Shown here one piece after another: positions 10,901-18,839 of a stretch of DNA of 64,000 nt. How positions within the stretch are numbered: the stretch's first letter is position 1; each line of letters starts with the position of its first letter. Position numbers and translations under genes: made by a program. Under the pieces are notes generated by a model, which had not been told where the DNA came from, made no database searches, and saw only the letters and a program-made list of their open reading frames with translations. This DNA is from Patescibacteria group bacterium (GTDB lineage: Bacteria > Patescibacteriota > Microgenomatia > UBA8517), in contig JALHYA010000010.1 in NCBI GenBank assembly GCA_022868165.1, forward strand, positions 375-64,374. The letters run 5' to 3'.

Positions 10901-13900
10901 TCTTTCCATTCAAGCCCGGAAAGTCCTAAATCCGTTACGTCGGTAGTAGAGGGGGTAACTGAACCCCCGGAAAGGGCATTAAGAGGATTTAGGATGATAT
11001 TTCCGGTTGTACTGCCTCCAATAGTCAAGTCATTCATAAGAGTGCCCTGAATGCTTCTGGCGCCGCCATAGAAGGTCAGGTTGCCCGATACGGTGGCATT
11101 GCCTGCAACAGCAAGTTTTTCTACCGGAGAAGTTGTCCCGATGCCGACGCCGCCGCTTTGATTGATATTTAATATGTCATCTGTACCGTAATGACCGAGA
11201 GATAAATTGTTTAGGTAAGCTGTGGCATTAGGAGTATAGGCCATATAACCTGCGGAATTGGCAGCAATAGATTTACCAATCCATTGCGTTAGTCGATTAC
11301 CATTAGCAAGGGCAGTTTCAAAGACACCCATCGCTCGATGGTTGACATCAGTTGAAACTACAACTAATGGATTTCCCGGCGTCGCCGTCCCGATGCCGAC
11401 GTTGCCGGCGTTGGTGATGACGAATCTTGGAGTTCCGGCTGCTGAGGCCGTAAAGATATCTTGGGATTCGGTCTGGTTAAATATGGCCAGGGCTTTGCCG
11501 GTTGCCGAATAATCGTTTGTGACATAAAGCCTTGAGGTGGCAGCGGTAACGGTGGTTGAGCCGATTCCTACATAACCCGAAGCGTTAACATACATATCTT
11601 CACCGTCATTACCCTCGTCAAAAATAATCGTTTCGCCGGACCCCAAAGTCACAAATTTCAGGTTTACCGTGCTTGGAGTCATGATGGATAGCGTGGGGCT
11701 GGTGTAATCGTAGGTGAGACGGGTAGTGCCGTCAAAGGAAATGTGAGTTTGATTAGCAGAGCCTATCGTGAATCCGAAACAGTCGGCACCACCTGAACGG
11801 GTTGAGTTCCCACAGATATATTTAATGCCATCGGTAGCATAGGCAGAAAGAACCTCAATCATATCAGTATATGTTTCTCTCTCAACACTTACAGAAAATT
11901 CTCCGGCGGTATCCGCTCCGGCAGTTACATTTCTTAAGATAAAGCCTGCTCTTCCGGCCTCAACCAAACTGCTCGCATTATCCTCAAGGTAGGATGATGT
12001 GTAAGAACCGATGTTGGTGGCCGCAGTACCGCCGCTTGTGGAGCGAGTAATTCTGGCAAGCTCTATCTGTGTATTTGTTGAGGCATCGTCTTTTACGATA
12101 TGGAAACCCGCAAGCGGGGAGGCCGTACCAATACCCACACGGTTGTTAAGCGCATCAATCGAAAGGGTATTGGAATCGAAGTTAAGGGCATTGGCAGCAT
12201 TATTCAGGGTTACTCCTACTATTTGGGTAGAAAGGTCAATGGTGGCAGCGTTGATGTCAACAATACCGCTGCCGTTAAGGGGAGAAAGAGTGATATTTCC
12301 GGTCGATGTACCTCCTATGGTCAGATTTGCCATATTGGTTGTAGCCAGATTTCCTTCTCCAGTTAGGTAGGTAGCCACATTGGCAGTAGTGCCCGAAATA
12401 GATGCTGTTGGAGAATTTGTGGAGTCAACATTCATAAATGCGAACTTGGCCGTGTCGGTGGCCGTTCCGCCGATTAGTACATCAACAGTAGAATTCATTG
12501 GGTAGAGGATTCCATTTGCATCATCCTGCGTCCAGAAACTGCTGCCGCCTCCGCCTGTTCCGCAAGCTCCCCAGCTACCGGCTTGTTTACAACGCATTTC
12601 GCCTGAATCGGAGTTGTAATACATTGCACCATCGGGTGCGGAAACAGGGTCACCGGCAGTATTTTTTATATCTAAGGCTAAAAGGTCAGGAGTCCCCGAG
12701 CCCGCACCGTTTCCTATTTGAATAAGACCTGTTGTTGAGGTACCGAACGCTTGAAGGTAAATATTGCCTGTATCAACTCCTCCTAAAGTGAGGCTTTGGT
12801 TGGCGGTTGTTGCGAGATTGCCATCAGCGGTAAGAAAGGTTGCACCGGCCGCTCCCGCCGAAACAGAAGCGGTTGGAGTCCCTGTGCCCACCATATTTAT
12901 AAATGCAAATTTTGCGGAATCGGTCGAAGTCCCCCCCAATAAGACATCAACCGTCGAATTTTTGGGATACAGAATTCCATTTACATCGTCTTGATTCCAA
13001 AGATCGGTTGCGCCCCCGAGACAATTTCCTGAAGTGTCGCAAACCTGATTGTTGCTTTGGTAGATTGTCTTTCCCCAGATATTCCTGAATTCCAAGGACG
13101 CGGATGTGCCCAAATCGGTAACATCAGTTGTATTTGGCTTGACAGCTCCACCGGCTATGGCATTGAGCGGATTGACAACTATATCTCCGGTTGTATCTCC
13201 GCCGATAGTTAGAATAGCCATTAGAGTTGCCCGAATATTTCTTGCGCCTCCGTAGAAAGTCAGGTTGCCCGAAACAGTGGCATTGCCGGCCACATCCAGC
13301 TTTTCTACGGGAGACGTCGTTCCCACGCCTACGTTTCCACCAGGCATAAGAGCCAGGTTCTGCGAAGCCGCGGTAATTATTTGATTCGGCCCTGTGCCGG
13401 CGAAGGTAATTCCGGCTCCAATTCCAGTTAGATTTATGGCGGCAGTATTTGCATAGGAGTTTGTAAGTTGGTTGCTCATTGAGAGCGTTGTCACGCCCGA
13501 TACCGCCCCGGCTGTAGTGACATTTAGAGCAGTCGAGGTTACGGCAAATGTTCCCGTTGCGTTGCCAATGGTAGTTGTGGCTCCGGCGCCGGAAGATAGA
13601 GTGGTATTACCACTAGAGTCTAGGGTAGTGAAAGCGCCCGTCGAGCGAATAGTTGCTCCGATTGCGGTTGAGTTAATGCCCGTAGCTGTTGTATTAAAGT
13701 TGCCGGCAGTAAAGAGGATATCGTTTGCTCCAAAGGAAACGGATGAGGCTCCCAATCCGGATAGAGTCAGAGCTCCAGACGTTCCGGTTAAGTTCAAAGC
13801 TCCGGTAGTTAACGTCAGGCCGTTACTGGCTGTAAGGGTGCTAGAGAACCTTCCTGTTCCAGTAACATCCAGTTGAGTGCTGGGTGCAGCGTTATTTATG

Positions 13901-16900
13901 CCGACTTGGCCGGCACTGTCAATATATATCCTACTGGTAAGAAATGAATCACCACCGACGGAGCCTTGGACATTAAAGCTACCACCGTTGTAGATATTCA
14001 AGAATGTTTGCGGAGCAGTTGTGGTGGTCTCGGCTCCAAGTGCAATATTGCCCGAGATTGAAGCAGTGGGATTGCCGGAATCGACATTTATAAATGCGAA
14101 CTTGGCCGTGTCGGTGGCAGTTCCGCCTATTAATACATCAACAGTTGAATTTTTGGGATACAAGATTCCCAGGGAATCATTTTGATTCCAATATCCTGTT
14201 GAAGCATTACAGTTTCCGCTTGCATCACAGACGGCATTACCACTTTGAAGCATTGCCTGGGCATAAAAATTGCGCCATTCTAGAGAGGCTGTTCCGAGGT
14301 CGGTTACATCTGTAGCTCCGGGTGTAACCGAACCACCGTCTACGGCATTTAAAGGATTAATTGTGATGTTTCCGGTTGTATCGCCCCCGATAGTTAAGTC
14401 ATTCATAAGAGTGCCCTGAATGCTTCTGGCGCCACCATAGAAGGTTAGATTGCCGGAAACGGTGGCATTTCCGGCTACATCAAGCATCTCCAGGGGAGTA
14501 GTAGTCCCAATTCCCAAGTTTCCGCTTGCGTCAATTCTGGCTTTTTCCGAAGAGGAGATATAAAACCGTATTGTGCCTCCTTGCACTAGGGTTCTTCCAG
14601 CTGAATCACCAAATGTTTGAATTCCTTGTTCGTTGGCGCTTATGCCATTTTGGCTGGACCAAACCAGCGCCTCGACTGTGCTTCCGGGATCGGTGACGTA
14701 CCCGGTGACCCAAGCAGGATCGTTGGGATCGGACGAAAGCGTTCCGATATTCCCATTTCCTGAAGAATCGGAGGTAGAAGTCCCTGTTCCCTCATCGAAA
14801 TGCCAAAGGGCTTTTGTATTGGCATCCGGAGAAAGTTTGGTTGTTTGAGGGGTAAAATTGGCGGTGTTACGAACAACGTTGGACATCTCAATCTCGTCAA
14901 TTTTCCCGTCAAAGTTGTCTTGAGGTGGCCAGTCACCGCCGTCCAGTCCGATTCGCATAAGTCCGTTAAAATAACTCGGCGTGCCAGGATCCCCTTGGAA
15001 CGGTTGGGATTCTATATTTCCATTGATAGCGAAATAAATGGTGTTTGTACCTGTATCTCTTGATACTTGGACGTGGGTCCATGTTCCTAAAGAAACTGTT
15101 CCCGTAGAGTTCATGAATCCAGCGGCATCCGACCAGAACCCAAAAGCTAGTTGACGGGAGGGGTTGATTCCAAAGTACCACTTTCTGGCGTAATCTGTTC
15201 CTTTCTTGTCGATTATGACTCGTGTAGATGCCGCGGTGGTGTCCAAATAAACCCAAGCTCTGATCGTCCAATCACTACCCATAAGGCGGTTAGTGGCGGA
15301 ATCGGGAACTGTAACTCCATCGTCCCCATCAAACTCTAGCGCATAGGGGTCGGACCCGGGTTTTGAAACCAGATTATACCGTGCTGCGTTGTTTGATGTT
15401 GTGGTTCTTGTAACTCTTGTGTATAGGCCGTCTCCGGAGGTAGTTAGCCTTATTTCTGGAGTTACCTTGGAAATTTCTAAATCAGATGCTGGGGCAGAAG
15501 TACCTATACCCACCCTAGAATTGGTGGTATCAAAAGTTGCAAATGCAGAGCCTGAATTATTAAGCACGCTTACATTTCCAGTAGTAGTTCCACCCAAAGA
15601 AAGAGTCTGTTTGGCTGTTGTGGCCAAGGTTCCATCAGCGGATAGATAAGTTGCGCCTGCAGCACCCGCAGAAATAGAAGCTGTGGGTGTACCTGAACCA
15701 ATTACATTTATAAATGCGAACTTGGCTGTGTCTGTGGCCGTTCCTCCGATAAGTACGTCCACAGTTGAGTTTTTGGGGTATATTGTTCCGTTTGTCTGGT
15801 TCCAAACATCATTTGCCCCAGCAAAACAGTTACCACTGACATCACAAACCTGATTACTGTTTTGATATAGCGTCTGGCCGTAAACGTTTCTCCAAGCAAG
15901 ACTCGAAATGCCCAGGTCGGTTACATCGGTTGCGCCGGGGGTAACCGAGCCTTCTGCGACGCCATTAAGAGGCGAAAGGATAATGCCTCCTGTAGAATCT
16001 CCTCCGATTGTTAAATTTCGATTGAGCGTGGTTTGAATTACTCCTGCACTATTAAGAGTTAGATTGCCTGCTATTGATGCAGTGGGTGTGCCAGAATCAA
16101 CATTGATAAACGCGAATTTGGCGGAAGAGGAAGAGGTGCCGCCTATCAACAAATCAACGGTAGAATTTTTAGGATTTAGAACCCCGTTTGCCTGGCCCCA
16201 CCAGTTTATTGCTGTAGCCGCAGTTGCAAAAGCCTGCCAAATTGTTCCATCCGAGAAATAAACCTGATTATCTGTTGAATTATATATAACCGAGCCTGTG
16301 CCGATAGCAGTTGGCAGAGCAACAAATCTTCCCAGCCTAATTTGGTCATTAAAAATTGCTGTTCCGTTTTTAACATATAAAGCTGCGCCTTCCCTTGGAG
16401 CGTTATAGCGGTTTAAGGTGAGGGTTGAGTATGTAGACATTGGTTTGTCGCGCTCATCAAGTGTCAAAGTTAATAGGTCGGCCAGAGCCGAACCGGTTTG
16501 AGTAATTGAGGCGAAATTGCCAGGACTTTGGGTTATTGTAAAATTTCCCGAAGTCTGGCTATAGCCTGTGACGTTGGAAAGTGCGCCGCCGGATGAGAGT
16601 CTTTGAGTTCCTCCCGTTGAAAGATTCCCGCCGATACCCGTATTGCCGAGCGCATCAACACTAAAACGGGTGATTGGTTGTGAGCCGCTTTGAAGCCTTA
16701 TGAGGTCATAACCAGTTGCTCCGTTAGCCACAATGCCATAAAAAAGCGAGCCGGAAGTCAAATTGGGTGCCTGGGCATTTAGGAAATTTTGGCCTGTGCC
16801 TTCAAAAAGAAAATGTGCATATCCGAAACCGTCTGGATTAATTTCAATATTTCCGTCCGAGCCGGTCGGAGTAGAAAGAGTCACTGTTTGGCCTTCAACC

Positions 16901-17745
16901 AAAAGATTTCCCTGTTTGGCGCGAATTGCGGGGGCCTGTGATGCCAAAAGAAGAGAACCGTCGTCGGCAATTACGGGAATTGTGCCCGGACCTGCCCCGA
17001 TTTCCGGGTTGGCGGGAGTGTAGCCTTGGAGATTGGAAGCGGAATTGGCGCTTGAAACCGGAATCCTGTCCTTGATTTCGGTTCCTCCTATGGTTGCGCC
17101 AAGATAAAGCTTATCGTTTCCGAAAAATACATTAGTTGGAACACTATCTAAAGCTATCGTAATATCACCATTTGTATCAGGAGTTTCTTGTTTTGTACCC
17201 GAAGTCCAGAGTGCGGTAGGGTCGTCGGGAGATTTATAAAGTTTGAAAGTTATGCTTTGGGCTCCAAGCGAGGCCGAACCGCTTGCGTCTTTGAGTGTCA
17301 TTTTGGCAAAAATTGTCCAGGGAGAAAGAAGTGTGGAAGTCGATGGTGCTTCGGACGTAGAGCCAGTTGTGGGTTGGCCGGGGCCACCGGTAGGCTGGGG
17401 AAGCTGAGTTACTCTGTTTTCGCTTGCGGGTGTAAACAGGAAGGGTATCGGAAGCTGAAGTTTTCGGGCAAGAAGAAACATAAGAACCAGTGATAAGGCC
17501 AATACGCCAAAACCGATGATTGTTTTTACTCCAGGCTTGCGGCGTTTGGGAGGTTCGAACGCTTCGCTTAAAGGTTGTGTTTGAACTAAGGGATTTTCTT
17601 TTATATGCCCCTTGTTGTGTGCCCAGCCGAAAAATTTATTCAGGCTGGCCATCTTGCGCTTGGCCGTAGTAAAACTTGTAGTTTTTGCAAGCTGGCCTTG
17701 ATATTGGGCTATTAAATCCGGTGATATGTAGGGTAGGTTAGGCAT
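7969..17745 (-). CDS. 3258-aa membrane-anchored fibre-like protein with N-terminal integrase core-binding (SAM-like) segment, six internal repeats and a LamG domain
   Basis: TAKRKMASLNKFFGWAHNKGHIKENP then a TM helix; 6x W..G..YPKNSTVDVLIGG..AKFAFINV; several GNVGIGTTSP-type tail-fibre motifs; LamG WTIRAWVY..FDGKIDEI. Confidence 0.85.
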   Translation of the reverse strand: MPNLPYISPDLIAQYQGQLAKTTSFTTAKRKMASLNKFFGWAHNKGHIKENPLVQTQPLSEAFEPPKRRKPGVKTIIGFGVLALSLVLMFLLARKLQLPIPFLFTPASENRVTQLPQPTGGPGQPTTGSTSEAPSTSTLLSPWTIFAKMTLKDASGSASLGAQSITFKLYKSPDDPTALWTSGTKQETPDTNGDITIALDSVPTNVFFGNDKLYLGATIGGTEIKDRIPVSSANSASNLQGYTPANPEIGAGPGTIPVIADDGSLLLASQAPAIRAKQGNLLVEGQTVTLSTPTGSDGNIEINPDGFGYAHFLFEGTGQNFLNAQAPNLTSGSLFYGIVANGATGYDLIRLQSGSQPITRFSVDALGNTGIGGNLSTGGTQRLSSGGALSNVTGYSQTSGNFTITQSPGNFASITQTGSALADLLTLTLDERDKPMSTYSTLTLNRYNAPREGAALYVKNGTAIFNDQIRLGRFVALPTAIGTGSVIYNSTDNQVYFSDGTIWQAFATAATAINWWGQANGVLNPKNSTVDLLIGGTSSSSAKFAFINVDSGTPTASIAGNLTLNSAGVIQTTLNRNLTIGGDSTGGIILSPLNGVAEGSVTPGATDVTDLGISSLAWRNVYGQTLYQNSNQVCDVSGNCFAGANDVWNQTNGTIYPKNSTVDVLIGGTATDTAKFAFINVIGSGTPTASISAGAAGATYLSADGTLATTAKQTLSLGGTTTGNVSVLNNSGSAFATFDTTNSRVGIGTSAPASDLEISKVTPEIRLTTSGDGLYTRVTRTTTSNNAARYNLVSKPGSDPYALEFDGDDGVTVPDSATNRLMGSDWTIRAWVYLDTTAASTRVIIDKKGTDYARKWYFGINPSRQLAFGFWSDAAGFMNSTGTVSLGTWTHVQVSRDTGTNTIYFAINGNIESQPFQGDPGTPSYFNGLMRIGLDGGDWPPQDNFDGKIDEIEMSNVVRNTANFTPQTTKLSPDANTKALWHFDEGTGTSTSDSSGNGNIGTLSSDPNDPAWVTGYVTDPGSTVEALVWSSQNGISANEQGIQTFGDSAGRTLVQGGTIRFYISSSEKARIDASGNLGIGTTTPLEMLDVAGNATVSGNLTFYGGARSIQGTLMNDLTIGGDTTGNITINPLNAVDGGSVTPGATDVTDLGTASLEWRNFYAQAMLQSGNAVCDASGNCNASTGYWNQNDSLGILYPKNSTVDVLIGGTATDTAKFAFINVDSGNPTASISGNIALGAETTTTAPQTFLNIYNGGSFNVQGSVGGDSFLTSRIYIDSAGQVGINNAAPSTQLDVTGTGRFSSTLTASNGLTLTTGALNLTGTSGALTLSGLGASSVSFGANDILFTAGNFNTTATGINSTAIGATIRSTGAFTTLDSSGNTTLSSGAGATTTIGNATGTFAVTSTALNVTTAGAVSGVTTLSMSNQLTNSYANTAAINLTGIGAGITFAGTGPNQIITAASQNLALMPGGNVGVGTTSPVEKLDVAGNATVSGNLTFYGGARNIRATLMAILTIGGDTTGDIVVNPLNAIAGGAVKPNTTDVTDLGTSASLEFRNIWGKTIYQSNNQVCDTSGNCLGGATDLWNQDDVNGILYPKNSTVDVLLGGTSTDSAKFAFINMVGTGTPTASVSAGAAGATFLTADGNLATTANQSLTLGGVDTGNIYLQAFGTSTTGLIQIGNGAGSGTPDLLALDIKNTAGDPVSAPDGAMYYNSDSGEMRCKQAGSWGACGTGGGGSSFWTQDDANGILYPMNSTVDVLIGGTATDTAKFAFMNVDSTNSPTASISGTTANVATYLTGEGNLATTNMANLTIGGTSTGNITLSPLNGSGIVDINAATIDLSTQIVGVTLNNAANALNFDSNTLSIDALNNRVGIGTASPLAGFHIVKDDASTNTQIELARITRSTSGGTAATNIGSYTSSYLEDNASSLVEAGRAGFILRNVTAGADTAGEFSVSVERETYTDMIEVLSAYATDGIKYICGNSTRSGGADCFGFTIGSANQTHISFDGTTRLTYDYTSPTLSIMTPSTVNLKFVTLGSGETIIFDEGNDGEDMYVNASGYVGIGSTTVTAATSRLYVTNDYSATGKALAIFNQTESQDIFTASAAGTPRFVITNAGNVGIGTATPGNPLVVVSTDVNHRAMGVFETALANGNRLTQWIGKSIAANSAGYMAYTPNATAYLNNLSLGHYGTDDILNINQSGGVGIGTTSPVEKLAVAGNATVSGNLTFYGGARSIQGTLMNDLTIGGSTTGNIILNPLNALSGGSVTPSTTDVTDLGLSGLEWKEIHGQLIYQGANQVCDTSGAGCTTSGLWAEGTAPTNGGVIYPKNLTEDVLIGGNSTDSAKFAFINVDLASPPTASISAGAAGATYLTADGNLATTANQSLTLGGLTTGNIFLESFGADTGHIQIGDGAGSSNPDLLALDIKNDAGDPAGTAGAVYYNSSGTPKFRCYQGGSWVDCISAGAATGWTLSNPFIYTTNADYQVGIGTTTTADIISKLYVTNDGALTGKALAIFNQPESQDILTASASSVTKMVVSKAGDLTATGFLQIGAAWTPGTIPATSQAYSRFGSAIPDHFGGSTTDWVIFSGDTEFRGTLFLDSADGVGGGISQIADNTGTGTIIFPANEKTTPHELTAGNWMVTNPINTGNVGQAALIVDQQAGGDIFTASFSGSTKFTIANNGNITATGSGTMLTIGGGTGKVDIGTIDPVYNIGGTRYATYLSGMTGVKEETTGNVSTDEFVPGVGYRHSIDFKDAQNGSDLWLFSKTTNLKNNMGKMVVLLSPAGNTRAWYDVDTRNYLLSIYTARPTTVSYRLTAPRFDYTTWTNLNDNPSATGFDIKDENLTVNPNGDVKPPVIPSLADFEIVSQQAYGIQNIVYSIWTKAGQIIDELGAFGNLIAGNILAGAIQVQEVTSNLLTANKIISPLADIDTVRTRLISPLPDQTDVAVQIGGAGTDSGQLVIQNASGSAVASVDTAGNASFSGQVTSDKLQVTSSASIAGTLYADDIKSTTLDDIQNLLHQVEQDQNLLAQAATWNANTATGSSAIANIQNLFVTDQAAINSLSVSTSISVGTDLVFQSQNTQYGILNTVNSLSAPLSLQSLAMAPVEIMAGKVKVLTNGDVQIEGNLYVAGVVESSGLTVRSINNPVAASIDASGSATFNSVSADKFILAVQAATASADINGTITTNATAGQAIINAGVSEITIKNPSISDYTLVYVTPTSSTLNNVLYVKSKGAGYFTVGFSNPINVDVTFNWWVIDVKQ

Positions 17746-17747
17746 GG

Positions 17748-18251
17748 CTAATGGTTAATAGCTGATGGGTGATTTTCGACCCATGAAATGAATTGTTTTA
17801 TATCGGAAAGATAGCTTTTGATAGTATTATTGGAAACCTTTTCTTGCTTTAGATATCGCTCAAATTCGTTTAATAAGGGATCGGATTCGTAAGAATCTCC
17901 GGTAATGTTAGACATTCCTTCCATAAAATCTGAATCTATAATTTGAGTGCCAACCAAAAAACGGGAGAGATTGCGCAGGGTAGAAAGGCGTCTGTTGGCC
18001 GTGAGTTTGGCAACTTTATTATCGAGAAGATATTTTTTGTATTCGCCCGCAATATTTTTGGAAAGAAAGGGAATAGATTCGGTTAAATTTTCTGCCTCCG
18101 AACCCAAAGAACGAATTCGCAAGAGAAGCCAAGCGGTAAAATGGGTGATATCCGACTTGTAAAATTTTATTGTGTTTGTGGAAACGCCTGACTCATCCAA
18201 ATGGGATAAGAACAAACTTATGATTTTATCGGCAAAACTGCTATCGTCCAT
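17748..18251 (-). CDS. Tandem phage-integrase N-terminal (SAM-like/core-binding) domain protein lacking a catalytic domain
   Basis: STNTIKFYKSDITHF..TANRRLSTLRNLSRFL and VSNNTIKSYLSDIKQF; no R-H-R-Y catalytic region. Confidence 0.8.
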   Translation of the reverse strand: MDDSSFADKIISLFLSHLDESGVSTNTIKFYKSDITHFTAWLLLRIRSLGSEAENLTESIPFLSKNIAGEYKKYLLDNKVAKLTANRRLSTLRNLSRFLVGTQIIDSDFMEGMSNITGDSYESDPLLNEFERYLKQEKVSNNTIKSYLSDIKQFISWVENHPSAINH

Positions 18252-18263
18252 TTTGAGGCTAAA

Positions 18264-18317
18264 TTATACTCGTTATACGAGTTATACCATTATTAAAGCG
18301 ATTTAGAAGCTTGTCAA
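18264..18317 (-). promoter_or_regulatory. Putative sigma70 promoter with three TTATAC direct repeats just downstream
   Basis: Minus strand TTGACA (18317-18312), 17 bp, AATAAT; TTATAC at 18264, 18273, 18282. Confidence 0.5.
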
Positions 18318-18839
18318 GGAGCGTTTAATAGGCTAAACACAAATATACGTCTAAGTACTTTTCACTGACATCAATAGCGTATTTTCCGCATATCAAATTG
18401 CCTTAGACAATATATCAAAACATATATAAATTGATATCCGATAGTTAGGTTTTCCCGCGATATTTATATAACTCCCTGTGCCTATATATTTTACTGCGGA
18501 AATATGCGGGAATTATATATATTTGAGTTTCGATGAGGAAATAGTACCGTTTTGGGCTCAATCCGATAGCATAAAGGGGTTTTTTATGGTCGATTACTGT
18601 TTTGGCAAACCTTTCGTCCGAGTGCTATGAATTATTGTCTAATATTTTGCCCCGAATTCTTGATGATTATCGGACTTTTATTTCTTTTGTTTTTTTACTT
18701 TGTTTGTGAAGCTATTCTGTGTGAAATTCTAATTCCAATCGCAATTGCCGTCTCAATATAGCCAATAATTTCTAAAATCGCCTAGATTTATTATAATTCT
18801 TATGCGAGAATTCTGTATAATTCTCTGTATAATTCTATT

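Noticed and set aside
18274-18285. TATACGAGTTAT resembles a loxP arm
   Set aside because: Single arm, one base short, no partner across an 8-bp spacer and no catalytic recombinase.
18252-18839. Replication origin
   Set aside because: No TTATCCACA-type DnaA boxes seen and no dnaA/dnaN nearby.
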